A stretch of DNA of 64,000 nucleotides from a virus (taxonomy: Duplodnaviria > Heunggongvirae > Uroviricota > Caudoviricetes). The first letter of the stretch is position 1. Every line of letters begins with the position of its first letter. This document shows, piece after piece, positions 10,328 to 20,705 of this stretch. Position numbers and translations under genes: made by a program. A model generated the notes under the pieces. The model was not told the DNA's origin. It ran no database searches and saw only the letters and a program-made list of their open reading frames with translations. The DNA lies in the IMG/VR virus record IMGVR_UViG_3300037418_003103; one strand, written 5' to 3'.

Positions 10328-11872
10328 TTATTTTGCTAATCTTTCTCTTATTTCTTGCAGTGAATGATCAACAAGCAGTATTCCGTCTTTAAATACTGTT
10401 TTAAGTGCACCCGTTTTTTCTTCTTCGTTAGAAACCTGATCTTTTAGCTCATAAGTTTTATTATTATTTTCTATCACTTCTTTAACACACAATAGCCCTT
10501 TTGCACTCTTCTTTGTTCCGTCATCTGTTATTGGATCTTTAAATATTTCACGACCAATTGGATTAGATAATCCATGAGAACCTACAGTCCTAACTTCGCC
10601 ATAAGTTGCTTTTATTGCAAAACCAAAAGTGTCTCTGGTATTATATTGATAAGTATAACTTCCAATTCCAAGTACAACATTGGTTGAAGCGAAGCCTTTA
10701 GCTTTTAAACGTTCACAAATTTGTTCAGCTCGGTCAAGGGTGATGCTATCTCCATAAATGGCTCCAATATGCGGGTCCAAAACCTTGTATCCCAGTTCAT
10801 TTACAGTCCCGCCAAATACGTCCCAGAGTAATTCAATCACACCCTTATCTTCAGGTATCATTTTCTTTCTCCAATCAGACATTTGAGTGGAATCGTACAA
10901 ACCAGAGTGTTTTGTCCAATTAACCGCTCCACAGATAATATCAACAGGATCTCCACTGTCAGGACGTATAACCAACTTACCATTACGGCCCATAATTTTA
11001 TCCTTCATTTTGGGTAGAAAGTCTGTACATACAGTCCAAAGGTTCCAAGTATCCGATACTACTGAAAGGATTCCTTCTGGATACAAGTCTAATAACCTTT
11101 CAAACGTTTTTATTTCAGATTCTTGAGTGCCCATACACATTATTGAATGTTCTGTTGCTGGCACTGAGCATCCTACCAACTCTTTAGTTACATCAGCTCC
11201 GTAATATTCTTCAAGAAATTCTATTGCGGGAATGGTATCAGTGCCTTTAAAAGACAACAAATGGCCTGCTCCAGATAAAGCTCCACTTTCATGTGATGAC
11301 ATCCCTCTGAGAGCAAAATCGTGCCCGATAAATTCTACGCCATTGATTGAACCAGTGGTTTCCAACGCATATTTATTAAGCAACATTCTGTAATGGTTAG
11401 CTATAGTAGCTGATGTAGTTGACTGCCACACTGAATAGCTTAAAGATGTTTCAAGAAAATTAACTAACCAATATGCGTGATCAACCGTATTAGTAATAGT
11501 TACCACTGGAACTCTGATTGGTGAAACAGAACCCTCTGGTAAGGCTTTAATTTCCAGTGGTAAATAACCAAGATCATGAAGTTTTTCAATATGTGTAGTA
11601 TCTATAGAATCCTTGCCCAAAGTATTATCCATCATTCGTTTGAACTTTGAAATCACCTCATCTTTAGGCTTATTAAAAAACTGTTCATTCCAGTTTTTAA
11701 TCAAATATTCTTTAATATAATACTGTAAGCCAAAGTTAACAACGTAATTAATACCTGGTATTCTGGATTTTCTAGGCGTTAAGTTACTGTATATTTTAGT
11801 TGTATTTTCTGGGTACATTTTGTAGTGCGACTGTTTATAAAAATCTACTGCTAATAACGGATTTGTATTCAT
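10328..11872 (-). CDS. nadV: NAMPT-family protein (probable NARP1 Namat)
   Basis: DFYKQSH, HDFALRG, GTDT, PATEHS, VVSDT, RPDSGDP, YGDSIT, KKSAKG. Confidence 0.93.
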   Translation of the reverse strand: MNTNPLLAVDFYKQSHYKMYPENTTKIYSNLTPRKSRIPGINYVVNFGLQYYIKEYLIKNWNEQFFNKPKDEVISKFKRMMDNTLGKDSIDTTHIEKLHDLGYLPLEIKALPEGSVSPIRVPVVTITNTVDHAYWLVNFLETSLSYSVWQSTTSATIANHYRMLLNKYALETTGSINGVEFIGHDFALRGMSSHESGALSGAGHLLSFKGTDTIPAIEFLEEYYGADVTKELVGCSVPATEHSIMCMGTQESEIKTFERLLDLYPEGILSVVSDTWNLWTVCTDFLPKMKDKIMGRNGKLVIRPDSGDPVDIICGAVNWTKHSGLYDSTQMSDWRKKMIPEDKGVIELLWDVFGGTVNELGYKVLDPHIGAIYGDSITLDRAEQICERLKAKGFASTNVVLGIGSYTYQYNTRDTFGFAIKATYGEVRTVGSHGLSNPIGREIFKDPITDDGTKKSAKGLLCVKEVIENNNKTYELKDQVSNEEEKTGALKTVFKDGILLVDHSLQEIRERLAK

Positions 11873-11966
11873 ATTTAATCTTTGATTTTATCCCATTTTC
11901 TTTTTAAAACGGGAAGGTTTGTAATATTGTTTTTTATATATTTAAGTGTGTTCTCTCAAAAAAAAA

Positions 11967-12761
11967 TTATACTACTTTAAATTGGTGAACGAAATTGTTT
12001 AAACTTTTCATATGATTACCATCATGATAATCATTGCTTATATCTTTAACTGAGTTGGTGCAAAAAATTCTGGTTATGTTTTCTTTTAATTGATCGAATC
12101 CTTTACTGAAGTATCCATGGGTAACATATAGATATACATCTCTTGCACCCTGTTCTTTTAATTTTTGAGAGAGTACCGTAAAGGTATAACCGCCATCGCA
12201 CAAATCGTCAACGATCAAGCAGTCCTTGTCCTTTACATCCCCGACAAAAACCATATTTATTTCCCCGCTTAGACTCCTATATTTATTTGCTGCAACAACT
12301 GGCAAATCTAACTTACTTCCATAGGTGAATACCTTCTTATAAGCACCAGCATCAGGTGAGACCAGGACTAAATTATCTGATTTAATGTTCTCAACCGCAT
12401 TAGTTACAAAATTAAATGAAGTAAGTTTAAATGAATTATTTATCAGAGCAAGACATACATCAGAATGAGGATCAAGCACAGATACAGTAGTAAAGTGACA
12501 TGAATTAATCACTTCAGCAATCACTTTTAAATCAAATGATTGAGTCTCTATAAAACGTCTATCGCTTCTCTGCCCAAATAAGCATGGAATAAACGCACTT
12601 GTTTCAATATTTTTATACTGTAAAATCTCAGCAATGCTTCTTAGATAGAAGAGATCTTCATAAGAGTTGATTCGTGTGGATACTATCTCAGACGGATCAT
12701 TTGCCGATACAAGCTTAGCAGATATTTGACCGTCAGGATACCTGACTTTTTCGAAATTCAT
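11967..12761 (-). CDS. prs: Ribose-phosphate pyrophosphokinase family (probable NARP1 Adps)
   Basis: RYPDGQ, QRSDRRF, DPHS, SPDAGA, IVDDLCDGGYTF, LYVTHG. Confidence 0.92.
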   Translation of the reverse strand: MNFEKVRYPDGQISAKLVSANDPSEIVSTRINSYEDLFYLRSIAEILQYKNIETSAFIPCLFGQRSDRRFIETQSFDLKVIAEVINSCHFTTVSVLDPHSDVCLALINNSFKLTSFNFVTNAVENIKSDNLVLVSPDAGAYKKVFTYGSKLDLPVVAANKYRSLSGEINMVFVGDVKDKDCLIVDDLCDGGYTFTVLSQKLKEQGARDVYLYVTHGYFSKGFDQLKENITRIFCTNSVKDISNDYHDGNHMKSLNNFVHQFKVV

Positions 12762-13021
12762 TAAGTATTTTTAGTTTTGCGTGAAGATGTGTTTATTTTA
12801 AACAAACCTACTATTTTAAGTGGCTACTCACAACTAAAACTAAAAATATTTTTTAAAATAAATTGTTCTAAATCTCATAAAGTGCGTTAAATGCAATAGT
12901 TCTTAGTTCTTTAATAATTTCCAACTCAGTAAAACCATTCTGCCTATAATCAGAATCACGAATAGTTATTAACGCTTCTTATTGGATTGAGAATTTTATT
13001 GGAATCTCACTTATCTTAGTG

Positions 13022-13402
13022 CTATTCATTATCTGTTACCTGATTGTTTTTAGGAATATATTTATCTGCCATTTCTTGCGCATAGGCATTAGCCTCTTCA
13101 AGTGTATCAAATCTTTTAATCTTTAAATGATCATTAACAAAATGTAAGGTAACTCTTGGCCTGGCATAAACATTATTTAATTCATCTATCATGTAACCTT
13201 CAGATAATAAATGCTCCCTTGAAAAGGAGCCGACGAGAAATTCATACCATGATTCTGGAATATGTTTAACAGCCATCTTAAATCCAAAAAAGCTTAATAC
13301 TCTCTTTTTTTTATCATATGCTGGTACATATTCGTACTCGTTCAATCGGATTTTATTCCGAACGGTTATGCTTATTATCATTTCTGAATTTAAAATTCTC
13401 AT
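13022..13402 (-). CDS. Hypothetical protein
   Basis: 126-aa co-oriented ORF. Confidence 0.55.
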   Translation of the reverse strand: MRILNSEMIISITVRNKIRLNEYEYVPAYDKKKRVLSFFGFKMAVKHIPESWYEFLVGSFSREHLLSEGYMIDELNNVYARPRVTLHFVNDHLKIKRFDTLEEANAYAQEMADKYIPKNNQVTDNE

Positions 13403-13411
13403 AGTATTAAT

Positions 13412-14479
13412 TTAAAATTTTCTCATCTTTAATAAGATGTCCCTAATCAGGTCATCCGAAACACTTTCTGGGAGGCCAGAATTTTCATATAATTCTGGTA
13501 GTTCAATAATATCTTTTTCAGCGTTAGCTATAATTGTATTTAGATCAACCTTACCCAGTCTAATGTTGATCAGATACTCACTGTTCGGTCTTCTTACATT
13601 TAATGTTTTTTCAGTTGCTATTTCTTTAGCAATATCAAGTAGTCTTCGGCAATGAAGCATATTCTTACCATCTATCTTTTGTCCATGTTCCTCTGTATCA
13701 ACATAACGTTGAGTATTCCTCTTTGAGAGCCAATCCTGGTAATTATTATAATCACGACAGTGCTTAGAGTATTCATCCTTATTAAAGGATACGACGCCTA
13801 TACACGTAGCATTCTTGGGTACTCCAGTGAGTCGTATAGAATTACTTGTATCAAGTGATATTCCTCTAAATTTACTTGGGTTACCCTTAATAAATGAGTC
13901 AAAGTCATAATACAACGAATATATATCTTTCATGTGATCTACTTTAGTCAAACCACAGTATTCTTGTTTAAATTGGTGATTATCCAAATAATTCTGAAAT
14001 TTTATTGATACGCCTGAATTAAATAAATAAACAAAATCCAACGGTGTTTTTCTTTCCACTCTTTCCTTCTCCCAATTCATCTTCTTATCAAGACCCTTTG
14101 CCCTCTTTATCTGACCAACAGCATAATCACCAAACGACTTCAGACACTGTTTGGTTAAAAAGTCGCTTTTTCTTTCAATTAGAATATCAAATGATGGATG
14201 CTTATACAGGATTAGATCCTCTGGAGAATAAAGCATTGCAAGGGCATTTCCGTCATTTTTTTGAAGAAGTTCCAGGAATCTCTTTATTTCGTAGTAAGTT
14301 TCGTTGGCATTGATGTCAATTTGTTCTTTATAGCCAAAAGTAAGAATATCTTCATTACTCTGCATATAGACGCCTTTATAATCTATATCGCTTACTCCTT
14401 CTATGTAAGTACCATGGCTATATGAACCCACGATGCACTTAAATATAAGATTATGAAATATTATTTCTTTATCTGTCAT
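13412..14479 (-). CDS. Pol-beta superfamily nucleotidyltransferase (YcgL-like)
   Basis: VGSYSHG...SDIDYKG, YYEIKRF, DGKNMLHCRRLL. Confidence 0.85.
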   Translation of the reverse strand: MTDKEIIFHNLIFKCIVGSYSHGTYIEGVSDIDYKGVYMQSNEDILTFGYKEQIDINANETYYEIKRFLELLQKNDGNALAMLYSPEDLILYKHPSFDILIERKSDFLTKQCLKSFGDYAVGQIKRAKGLDKKMNWEKERVERKTPLDFVYLFNSGVSIKFQNYLDNHQFKQEYCGLTKVDHMKDIYSLYYDFDSFIKGNPSKFRGISLDTSNSIRLTGVPKNATCIGVVSFNKDEYSKHCRDYNNYQDWLSKRNTQRYVDTEEHGQKIDGKNMLHCRRLLDIAKEIATEKTLNVRRPNSEYLINIRLGKVDLNTIIANAEKDIIELPELYENSGLPESVSDDLIRDILLKMRKF

Positions 14480-14849
14480 ATGCTAACCTTTATTAATAAA
14501 CTCTACTATTTCATTTATCAAAAATTCTTTATTATCAGTAGTAAAAAACTTTGTATTTTTACCATTAATTGAACATCTGAATTGATTAAACGGTTTCTCT
14601 TCAATTTCAATCTCATAATCATCTACATTAATTTCGTAAACCCATGCATTAGGTGCTGGGCCTAATAAAGTCTTGTATCCAAATTTTCTTACCTTGCCAA
14701 AGGATGTAATATCGTTATAATTAATACTGGGATTATAATTAATTTCCGTACCCACTTCTATCTCCATGTTCAAAATTTAATTTAAAAGCAAAAATACTAT
14801 AATTTTTTCATTTAAACAAATTAATGCTTATAAAATATATAAATAATAC

Positions 14850-15320
14850 TTAAAGAGTTTTAAATATGGTGCTTCTGGCCCATCCTCGCTCCATGTATAA
14901 GATGCACGTCTGGACTCTACTTCCTTTAAATATACTTCTTGGTAAATGAGTAATACTCTTTAAGCCCCATTGCATTATATCTCTAGTTCTTTTTTCTCCA
15001 TTAATGATCGTTAGGCATGGCATCAGAGCTATGATATTATCAGTCATGTCCATACACCGATATAGAATTTTATAACCCTCTTTCATTGGCGTAAAGGGCG
15101 GGTTCATTACGATCCAGTCAAAAAATTTATCTGGTTCTATTTTATAAAAATCATCTGGTGCTATTACACTGCCATGGGATTGTAGTGCTCTAACAAGGTT
15201 TCCTTTACCAGGTGTTGGTTCTAAAATAGTTCCAACATAAGCTGGTAACAATGAACACATATACTTACATATTCTTTCAGGTGTTTGAAAGTTATCACCC
15301 CAGTCTTTTTTAATCTCCAT
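14850..15320 (-). CDS. Small N6-adenine DNA methyltransferase
   Basis: FQTP, ILEPTPGKGN (SAM binding), NPPF catalytic motif. Confidence 0.8.
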   Translation of the reverse strand: MEIKKDWGDNFQTPERICKYMCSLLPAYVGTILEPTPGKGNLVRALQSHGSVIAPDDFYKIEPDKFFDWIVMNPPFTPMKEGYKILYRCMDMTDNIIALMPCLTIINGEKRTRDIMQWGLKSITHLPRSIFKGSRVQTCILYMERGWARSTIFKTL

Positions 15321-15405
15321 ATATTTGTTCTAGTAATTTAGCTTTTAAGATAAGCTATAACTAAGTTTATTCTTCCTGACTGAGGAAGTTAGTTCTGGTG
15401 TTATT

Positions 15406-15840
15406 TTATATTAATTTTAATAATTCTAATTCTTTCTCTACTGCCTCCCAATCTATAAACGGCCTATCTGATAGTTCTGAATTAGTGATTAATGGTGCTC
15501 CCAGAGCTGTATCATCTATTATACGCTGACCATAAGCTTTGGGTGAATTAGTCCATGTATGCTGTGTAGGATTAGTTTGAATTCCGTATAGAGGTATATC
15601 ATTTTTTTTAAACCAATCAACTGCTTGGCTTAAATAATTTCCTGGTATCGGAAATATGTTGGCATCATCAGACTTAGGGGCTTCTACATCACTTCTCATT
15701 GTAAATAAGATCAGTTTATGCCCGTTCTCAATTAATTTTTTAAGCACAGGAATCGCACCAATATCTAGTCCTATTCTTGGGAAATCATGAGTTACAACTG
15801 TTCCATCAAAGTCAATGATAAATATTTCTTGCTCTTTCAT
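15406..15840 (-). CDS. HAD-family phosphatase (BT0820-like)
   Basis: IDFDGTVV, LFTMR, IIDD. Confidence 0.8.
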   Translation of the reverse strand: MKEQEIFIIDFDGTVVTHDFPRIGLDIGAIPVLKKLIENGHKLILFTMRSDVEAPKSDDANIFPIPGNYLSQAVDWFKKNDIPLYGIQTNPTQHTWTNSPKAYGQRIIDDTALGAPLITNSELSDRPFIDWEAVEKELELLKLI

Positions 15841-15884
15841 TGTTTAAATATACTAAATTAAATAGCAAGAAGCAACTTTATAAA

Positions 15885-15917
15885 TAAAAAAAAGGGCTCA
15901 AAGTTATTTGAACCCTT
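15885..15917 (-). terminator. Intrinsic terminator
   Basis: AAGGGTTCAAA/TTTGAGCCCTT hairpin plus T-run. Confidence 0.65.
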
Positions 15918-15941
15918 ACCTGATTAATATACGACAAAAAA

Positions 15942-16418
15942 CTATACACTAGCTAAAGTGTGAAGACTGTGCACCACGCCCAATCCGACTCTCTTCGTAT
16001 GAGCCTTAATCCAAGAAGAAACCGCATCCAAATGCTCTTCGACCTCTTGCTTTTTTTCTTCTAATACTTGCTTTTTATTAGCTAAAACGTCTTGCTCGTC
16101 AACAAAACCCATTTCTTGTAGAGTGCTTTCAAGACTTTCGCTATCATTCTTACGTGCCATCTTATTCAGATGATCCATTAAGAGGCTCTCATGCCTCTTA
16201 GCTTCAATTTCAGCAATAGCCGCATCAGACAACCCCTTGGAGACTTCGCCAAATGGCTGTCCATTCACAAATGACTCAACGTCAAAAACAGTAACTTTTC
16301 TGCTTTCGTTCTTTAACGTTGCGGCGTTTTTAAATTGTTTCACAACCTGTCTTTTTCTAACAGATACCATACCGTTAATTGTCCCGTCAGGGCCAGAAAC
16401 AGAAACATTCTTAATCAT
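15942..16418 (-). CDS. Hypothetical protein
   Basis: 158-aa ORF followed by a terminator. Confidence 0.65.
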   Translation of the reverse strand: MIKNVSVSGPDGTINGMVSVRKRQVVKQFKNAATLKNESRKVTVFDVESFVNGQPFGEVSKGLSDAAIAEIEAKRHESLLMDHLNKMARKNDSESLESTLQEMGFVDEQDVLANKKQVLEEKKQEVEEHLDAVSSWIKAHTKRVGLGVVHSLHTLASV

Positions 16419-17154
16419 AATTTTAATTTTTAAAGTAAAAGATATTTTTCATTTTCTTTTACTTAAGCAAAAGATGTGCCAGAGCTATTGCGGCTGCTCA
16501 TTAACCTCTTTTACGCATATAATCTGTAACACCCAACATATCCATATGAAAGTAAGAATACTATGGATCACAACAATAATTCCCATAATAATTTGTTTTT
16601 AAAATTTAATTGGTTAATCATGCGGATCATGAATTTTATCTAATAAACGTTTAATTATTTTTTTATAACGCTTATTTTCATTCTTAAGGGTATATACTTC
16701 AAGTCTTAATCTAATATTATCTTTTGATATAGATTTCACTAAAGAAGTATAATCCTGTAATTCATCTGGGTTTTCTAATTTTGATAAGTTTTCTTCTATA
16801 AAAAAACTATATCTATTTTTTTCTCCTGTCATTATTATTTAGATAAGGTTATACGTATTTATTTATTTATTGGCAAGAATATTATCTCAGAGCTTACTTA
16901 CATTTTCATTAGCTAGCGTTTTTATGTTGTTTCTCAGACTCGTTCTTTTTCTTAATGTCTGAAACTAATTTAATTTCTTTTTTAATTGAATCAATTGATT
17001 GAATCAAAATGCTTTCCCGTCTTCCGCTCTTGGAAATCTTATATAGAGGATGAACAGTTTTTAAATCATTATTCATTTCTATAAGCCTTTTTTTCAATAC
17101 TTTTATCTTGGCATCAGCTTCTGATGCCCTAACTTTACGTGTACTCATGTTTTT

Positions 17155-17703
17155 TTATTTTAATGCTGTCATAGAACCCACCCAGAAGGCACTCTCTCCA
17201 TCATAGTGAGGTAAGTTAAAGTAATATTTAGTTATTATCATAGCCAACCAAAACACACCGAATATGACCCCTTTCATTATACCATCGGCGTTGCCTTCAT
17301 CCATATTCTTTATGTTTCTAATAATTGTATAAATTCTTTTGGCAAAGAATGTGGTAAAGAAGAAGAATATTGCTAATGTAAACCATATCTTAGATAGAAA
17401 TATAAAAAAATTTGGAAAATTAAATCCCAGTATGGTCCATTCTATCCATCCATAATGATAATCAAGTAATAAATAAATGCAGTATATTAGCCCTAATACT
17501 GAACGGCCAGTTCTGGCTCCATTATCATCTCCACAAAATGTATAAAGAAAAAATTTGAGGATAGGGGTTAGTACAATAAAGAATAAGAAACTAGCTACTA
17601 CTAAGGTGATCTGAAGGCCGCCCACAATAGCTAAATCCTCAAGAGTAAAATCATACGTCGAGAACGTACCATTTAAGTTCTTAACAGTCTTATAGAATGC
17701 CAT
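17155..17703 (-). CDS. Hypothetical membrane protein
   Basis: About four hydrophobic segments. Confidence 0.6.
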   Translation of the reverse strand: MAFYKTVKNLNGTFSTYDFTLEDLAIVGGLQITLVVASFLFFIVLTPILKFFLYTFCGDDNGARTGRSVLGLIYCIYLLLDYHYGWIEWTILGFNFPNFFIFLSKIWFTLAIFFFFTTFFAKRIYTIIRNIKNMDEGNADGIMKGVIFGVFWLAMIITKYYFNLPHYDGESAFWVGSMTALK

Positions 17704-18649
17704 GAGTATTATTTTTGGTGATTAAATTTAACACCTCATTAAAATCATAATCCCTATCCTCGATTCTATTATATAAGTAAGACTCGTATCTATTTAATTC
17801 CTTCACAAATATTTCAAGTGAATAATAGCCTCCAAGGATTTTTTTGTCCAGGGAGCATTCCTTTAATTTCTTAATATCTCTACTAAGACAATCATTTTTA
17901 ATGGTGTTAGTTACTGTAAATACCTTACTTGCTATCATAATTTTATTTTATGATGCAAATATAATATAAGTTTTTTAAAGTACCAAATAACTTATTTAAT
18001 AAGTTAATTAACACAGTACTCGCCAGCGTAGGAATCAATCAAAACTCCTTCCCGTTTCTTGTTAAATACTGAATTAATTGCTGCCAGGTTCAATGACACA
18101 TAAATAATTTGCTGATTAACTTTTAACGACTCCGAAACTAATTCTAATTCTAAGGCTCGGTCTAATTGTTCTTCAAGTTCAATCTTAATAAATTCAATTT
18201 TCTCTTTAAAAATCCATAGACTAGATAAAGAAAAGTGTTCAGAAAGGATTTCTTTGTCCAGTAATTCATAATCAATACGCATAGTTTGGGGTCAATTATT
18301 ATTTATAATTAATTAAAGAACAAATTTACCGTAAAAAAAAATTAAAAACCAAGTAATATATGACTATATTTATCCACAATTTGGGCATACTTATCAACAC
18401 TTTGTTATATTTACTGTGTTTTTTCTGGCGTTTGTGGAACAAATTCCGCGTTTGGCAGCTTAACGCTGTGGTTGTTCATCAACCGCATGCGGAAGGTTTC
18501 TTTTCTAAGTCTACCTTTTAAACTACCCTTAATCCTTTTATACATTACTATATAATCATTGTAGGCCTTATTAGGATCTTTTACACTGAATACTATCATT
18601 ATTTATTAACATTGTTTCCACAAATATACATATTTAAGTTCATAAAAAC

Positions 18650-18679
18650 AAAAAACCGTTAACGATTGCTAACGGTTTA
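18650..18679 (-). terminator. Intrinsic terminator
   Basis: AAACCGTTAG/TTAACGGTTT hairpin plus T-run. Confidence 0.65.
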
Positions 18680-18697
18680 ATTATTTTAATAGATAAA

Positions 18698-19060
18698 TTA
18701 ACTTTGTTTAATATTCGTTTTATTTGTTAAGTATGCCTTAGGATTACTAATAACTTTAACTAAATTGGATAATTCCTTATCTTTAAACTGCCTTACGGAT
18801 CCATCCTCATTTTTTTCTCTATTCACCTTGGCATTAAATTCTCGTCTGTCTCCACCATCTTCAGGATCGCCTAATCCAGCTACGCTCATCACCTGTGATT
18901 TAGTAAGGATGGTATCATCAAGTGCTCTTTCAACCTCTGCATACTCTCTATCATACTTTTGTTTTTTCTTACCGTTTAATTTAAGAGGACTAGTTCCTAC
19001 ACCCTTATTTCTTTCATCGAAAGCTTCTCTAACCATCTTAAGCAGTATGTTCTTATCCAT
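18698..19060 (-). CDS. Hypothetical protein, probable late/virion class
   Basis: TATTTAT box upstream; N-terminus LLKMVREAFDE. Confidence 0.6.
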   Translation of the reverse strand: MDKNILLKMVREAFDERNKGVGTSPLKLNGKKKQKYDREYAEVERALDDTILTKSQVMSVAGLGDPEDGGDRREFNAKVNREKNEDGSVRQFKDKELSNLVKVISNPKAYLTNKTNIKQS

Positions 19061-19108
19061 ATTTAGATTTATTAATAAATATCACAAGTTGCTTAAAAAT
19101 AACTTACA

Positions 19109-19984
19109 TTAATAAAATCTTTGTTGAGTAGGAGTCATAGCTCTTTTCATATTCAAAAGAGCCTTATTTTTAATGAGTCTTACCCCCTCAGTAGTGATGT
19201 CAAGCTTAGTAGCAATTTGTTTAAGAGATAAGGTGTCTCGTCCATTCAATCCGAAGCAGTATGATAAAACTTCTTTTTGCTTTGGCTTAAGTTTTTCAAT
19301 GAAAGGATGGAGTTCAATTTTTAGATCGTTACAGCAAGCGATGCTGTCAGCGTTGTAATCATTATTTGAATTTGACAGGACGTCTCCATACGTTGAGCTA
19401 CCATCAACATCATGAAAAACCTCCTTATCAATTGAGTCAAACTTAAAATTAGAAATTTCAATTCGATGTTTTAGATCTGATTCATTAACATCTTCATCTA
19501 CGTATTCCTCCATATCTTGTAATTCAGGCCTACGCTCCAACACCTGTTCTAGTCTTTCAACTATATGTTCCATTTTAGATATTCCATAAACCAAATTGCT
19601 TGGAAGTCTCACAAGTCTTGTTTTACCCGCTAAATAATCTGTTATACATTTTCTTATAAGCCATACAGCATAAGAAATGAATTTAAAGCCACAATCAGGT
19701 TTGTAATTTTTAACTGCTAGGGTAAGGCCTATATTTCCTTCTTCTATTAGGTCTTCTAAGGTGGCGCTTTTACTAACATACTGTTTTGCCACGCTAATAA
19801 CAAATCTTAAATTTGAAACGATTAGCTTTTCTATGGCTTGTTTATCTCCTTCCACCGCTTTAAGCGCGCAAGAATTTTCTTGCTCTGGGGTTAGTATTGG
19901 AATTTTGCTAACTTCTTTTAAATAGAGTTTAATACTATTAACTTGTACAGAAGTTATTTTTTGGGCTATTGATAATTTACGCAT
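19109..19984 (-). CDS. Sigma-70 family RNA polymerase sigma factor (RpoD/RpoS-like)
   Basis: LYLKEV, SNLRFVISVAKQY, DLIEEGNIGL, KFISYAVW, VRLP, region-4 HTH ITTEGVRLI. Confidence 0.93.
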   Translation of the reverse strand: MRKLSIAQKITSVQVNSIKLYLKEVSKIPILTPEQENSCALKAVEGDKQAIEKLIVSNLRFVISVAKQYVSKSATLEDLIEEGNIGLTLAVKNYKPDCGFKFISYAVWLIRKCITDYLAGKTRLVRLPSNLVYGISKMEHIVERLEQVLERRPELQDMEEYVDEDVNESDLKHRIEISNFKFDSIDKEVFHDVDGSSTYGDVLSNSNNDYNADSIACCNDLKIELHPFIEKLKPKQKEVLSYCFGLNGRDTLSLKQIATKLDITTEGVRLIKNKALLNMKRAMTPTQQRFY

Positions 19985-20705
19985 GAGATTATATTTTTTT
20001 TAAAATTTTTGGCATGATATTAGCATTACCATAAAAAGGAAATTATTTTATGATTGTGGAGAACGTAACATACAAGCATAGGTATATCTATATCCATGTG
20101 TATGGTTACTTAAAATGTAATTTAGAGAAAAGGTAAAAATGCTAAGTGTCTCGTTTTATTTCAGGTTCTAAGAATCTAATAAGCGGCGGGATTAGTGTGT
20201 TTTCTATCAATGGAAATTATTTTTACAAAATTAAAAATCAATATTAATACTTCAAAATTTATTTAAAAGATTCCCAAGGAATCTTTTCCACATTTTAGAG
20301 ACTTTCTGCTATTAAAATTACTCAAATTTGAGTATCCACAATTAAACTAACTTCATCAATTTTATTTCTTTAAAAAATTAACCAAGTCTTCCAATTTTTT
20401 AATTGAACTGCTACCTAATATAATTTCATCAAAAGCACCATATCTAGATTTAAGACCGAACAAATATTTAATGGCATACTTTAATCTCTGTATAAATGTT
20501 CCATTACATAAATGAATGCTGACATAAGCGGTTTTATCCTCATCCTCTTTGTCATAAGTAATTACAATTTGATGATCAACAGACCAACATTCGCATAAAA
20601 TTATATCTGACACAACCGAATCCATAGTCTTAAAAATTGTTTATTGCTAATTTTAAATAAAGTTACTTTTAATTTTTAAACAACACAACTTTTTTCTAAG
20701 TTTTT

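Noticed and set aside
12868-13029. Short ORF with an internal TAA (MNSTKISEIPIKFSIQ*EAL...) as a readthrough candidate
   Set aside because: A single weak case with no homology evidence; may be a decayed gene or chance.
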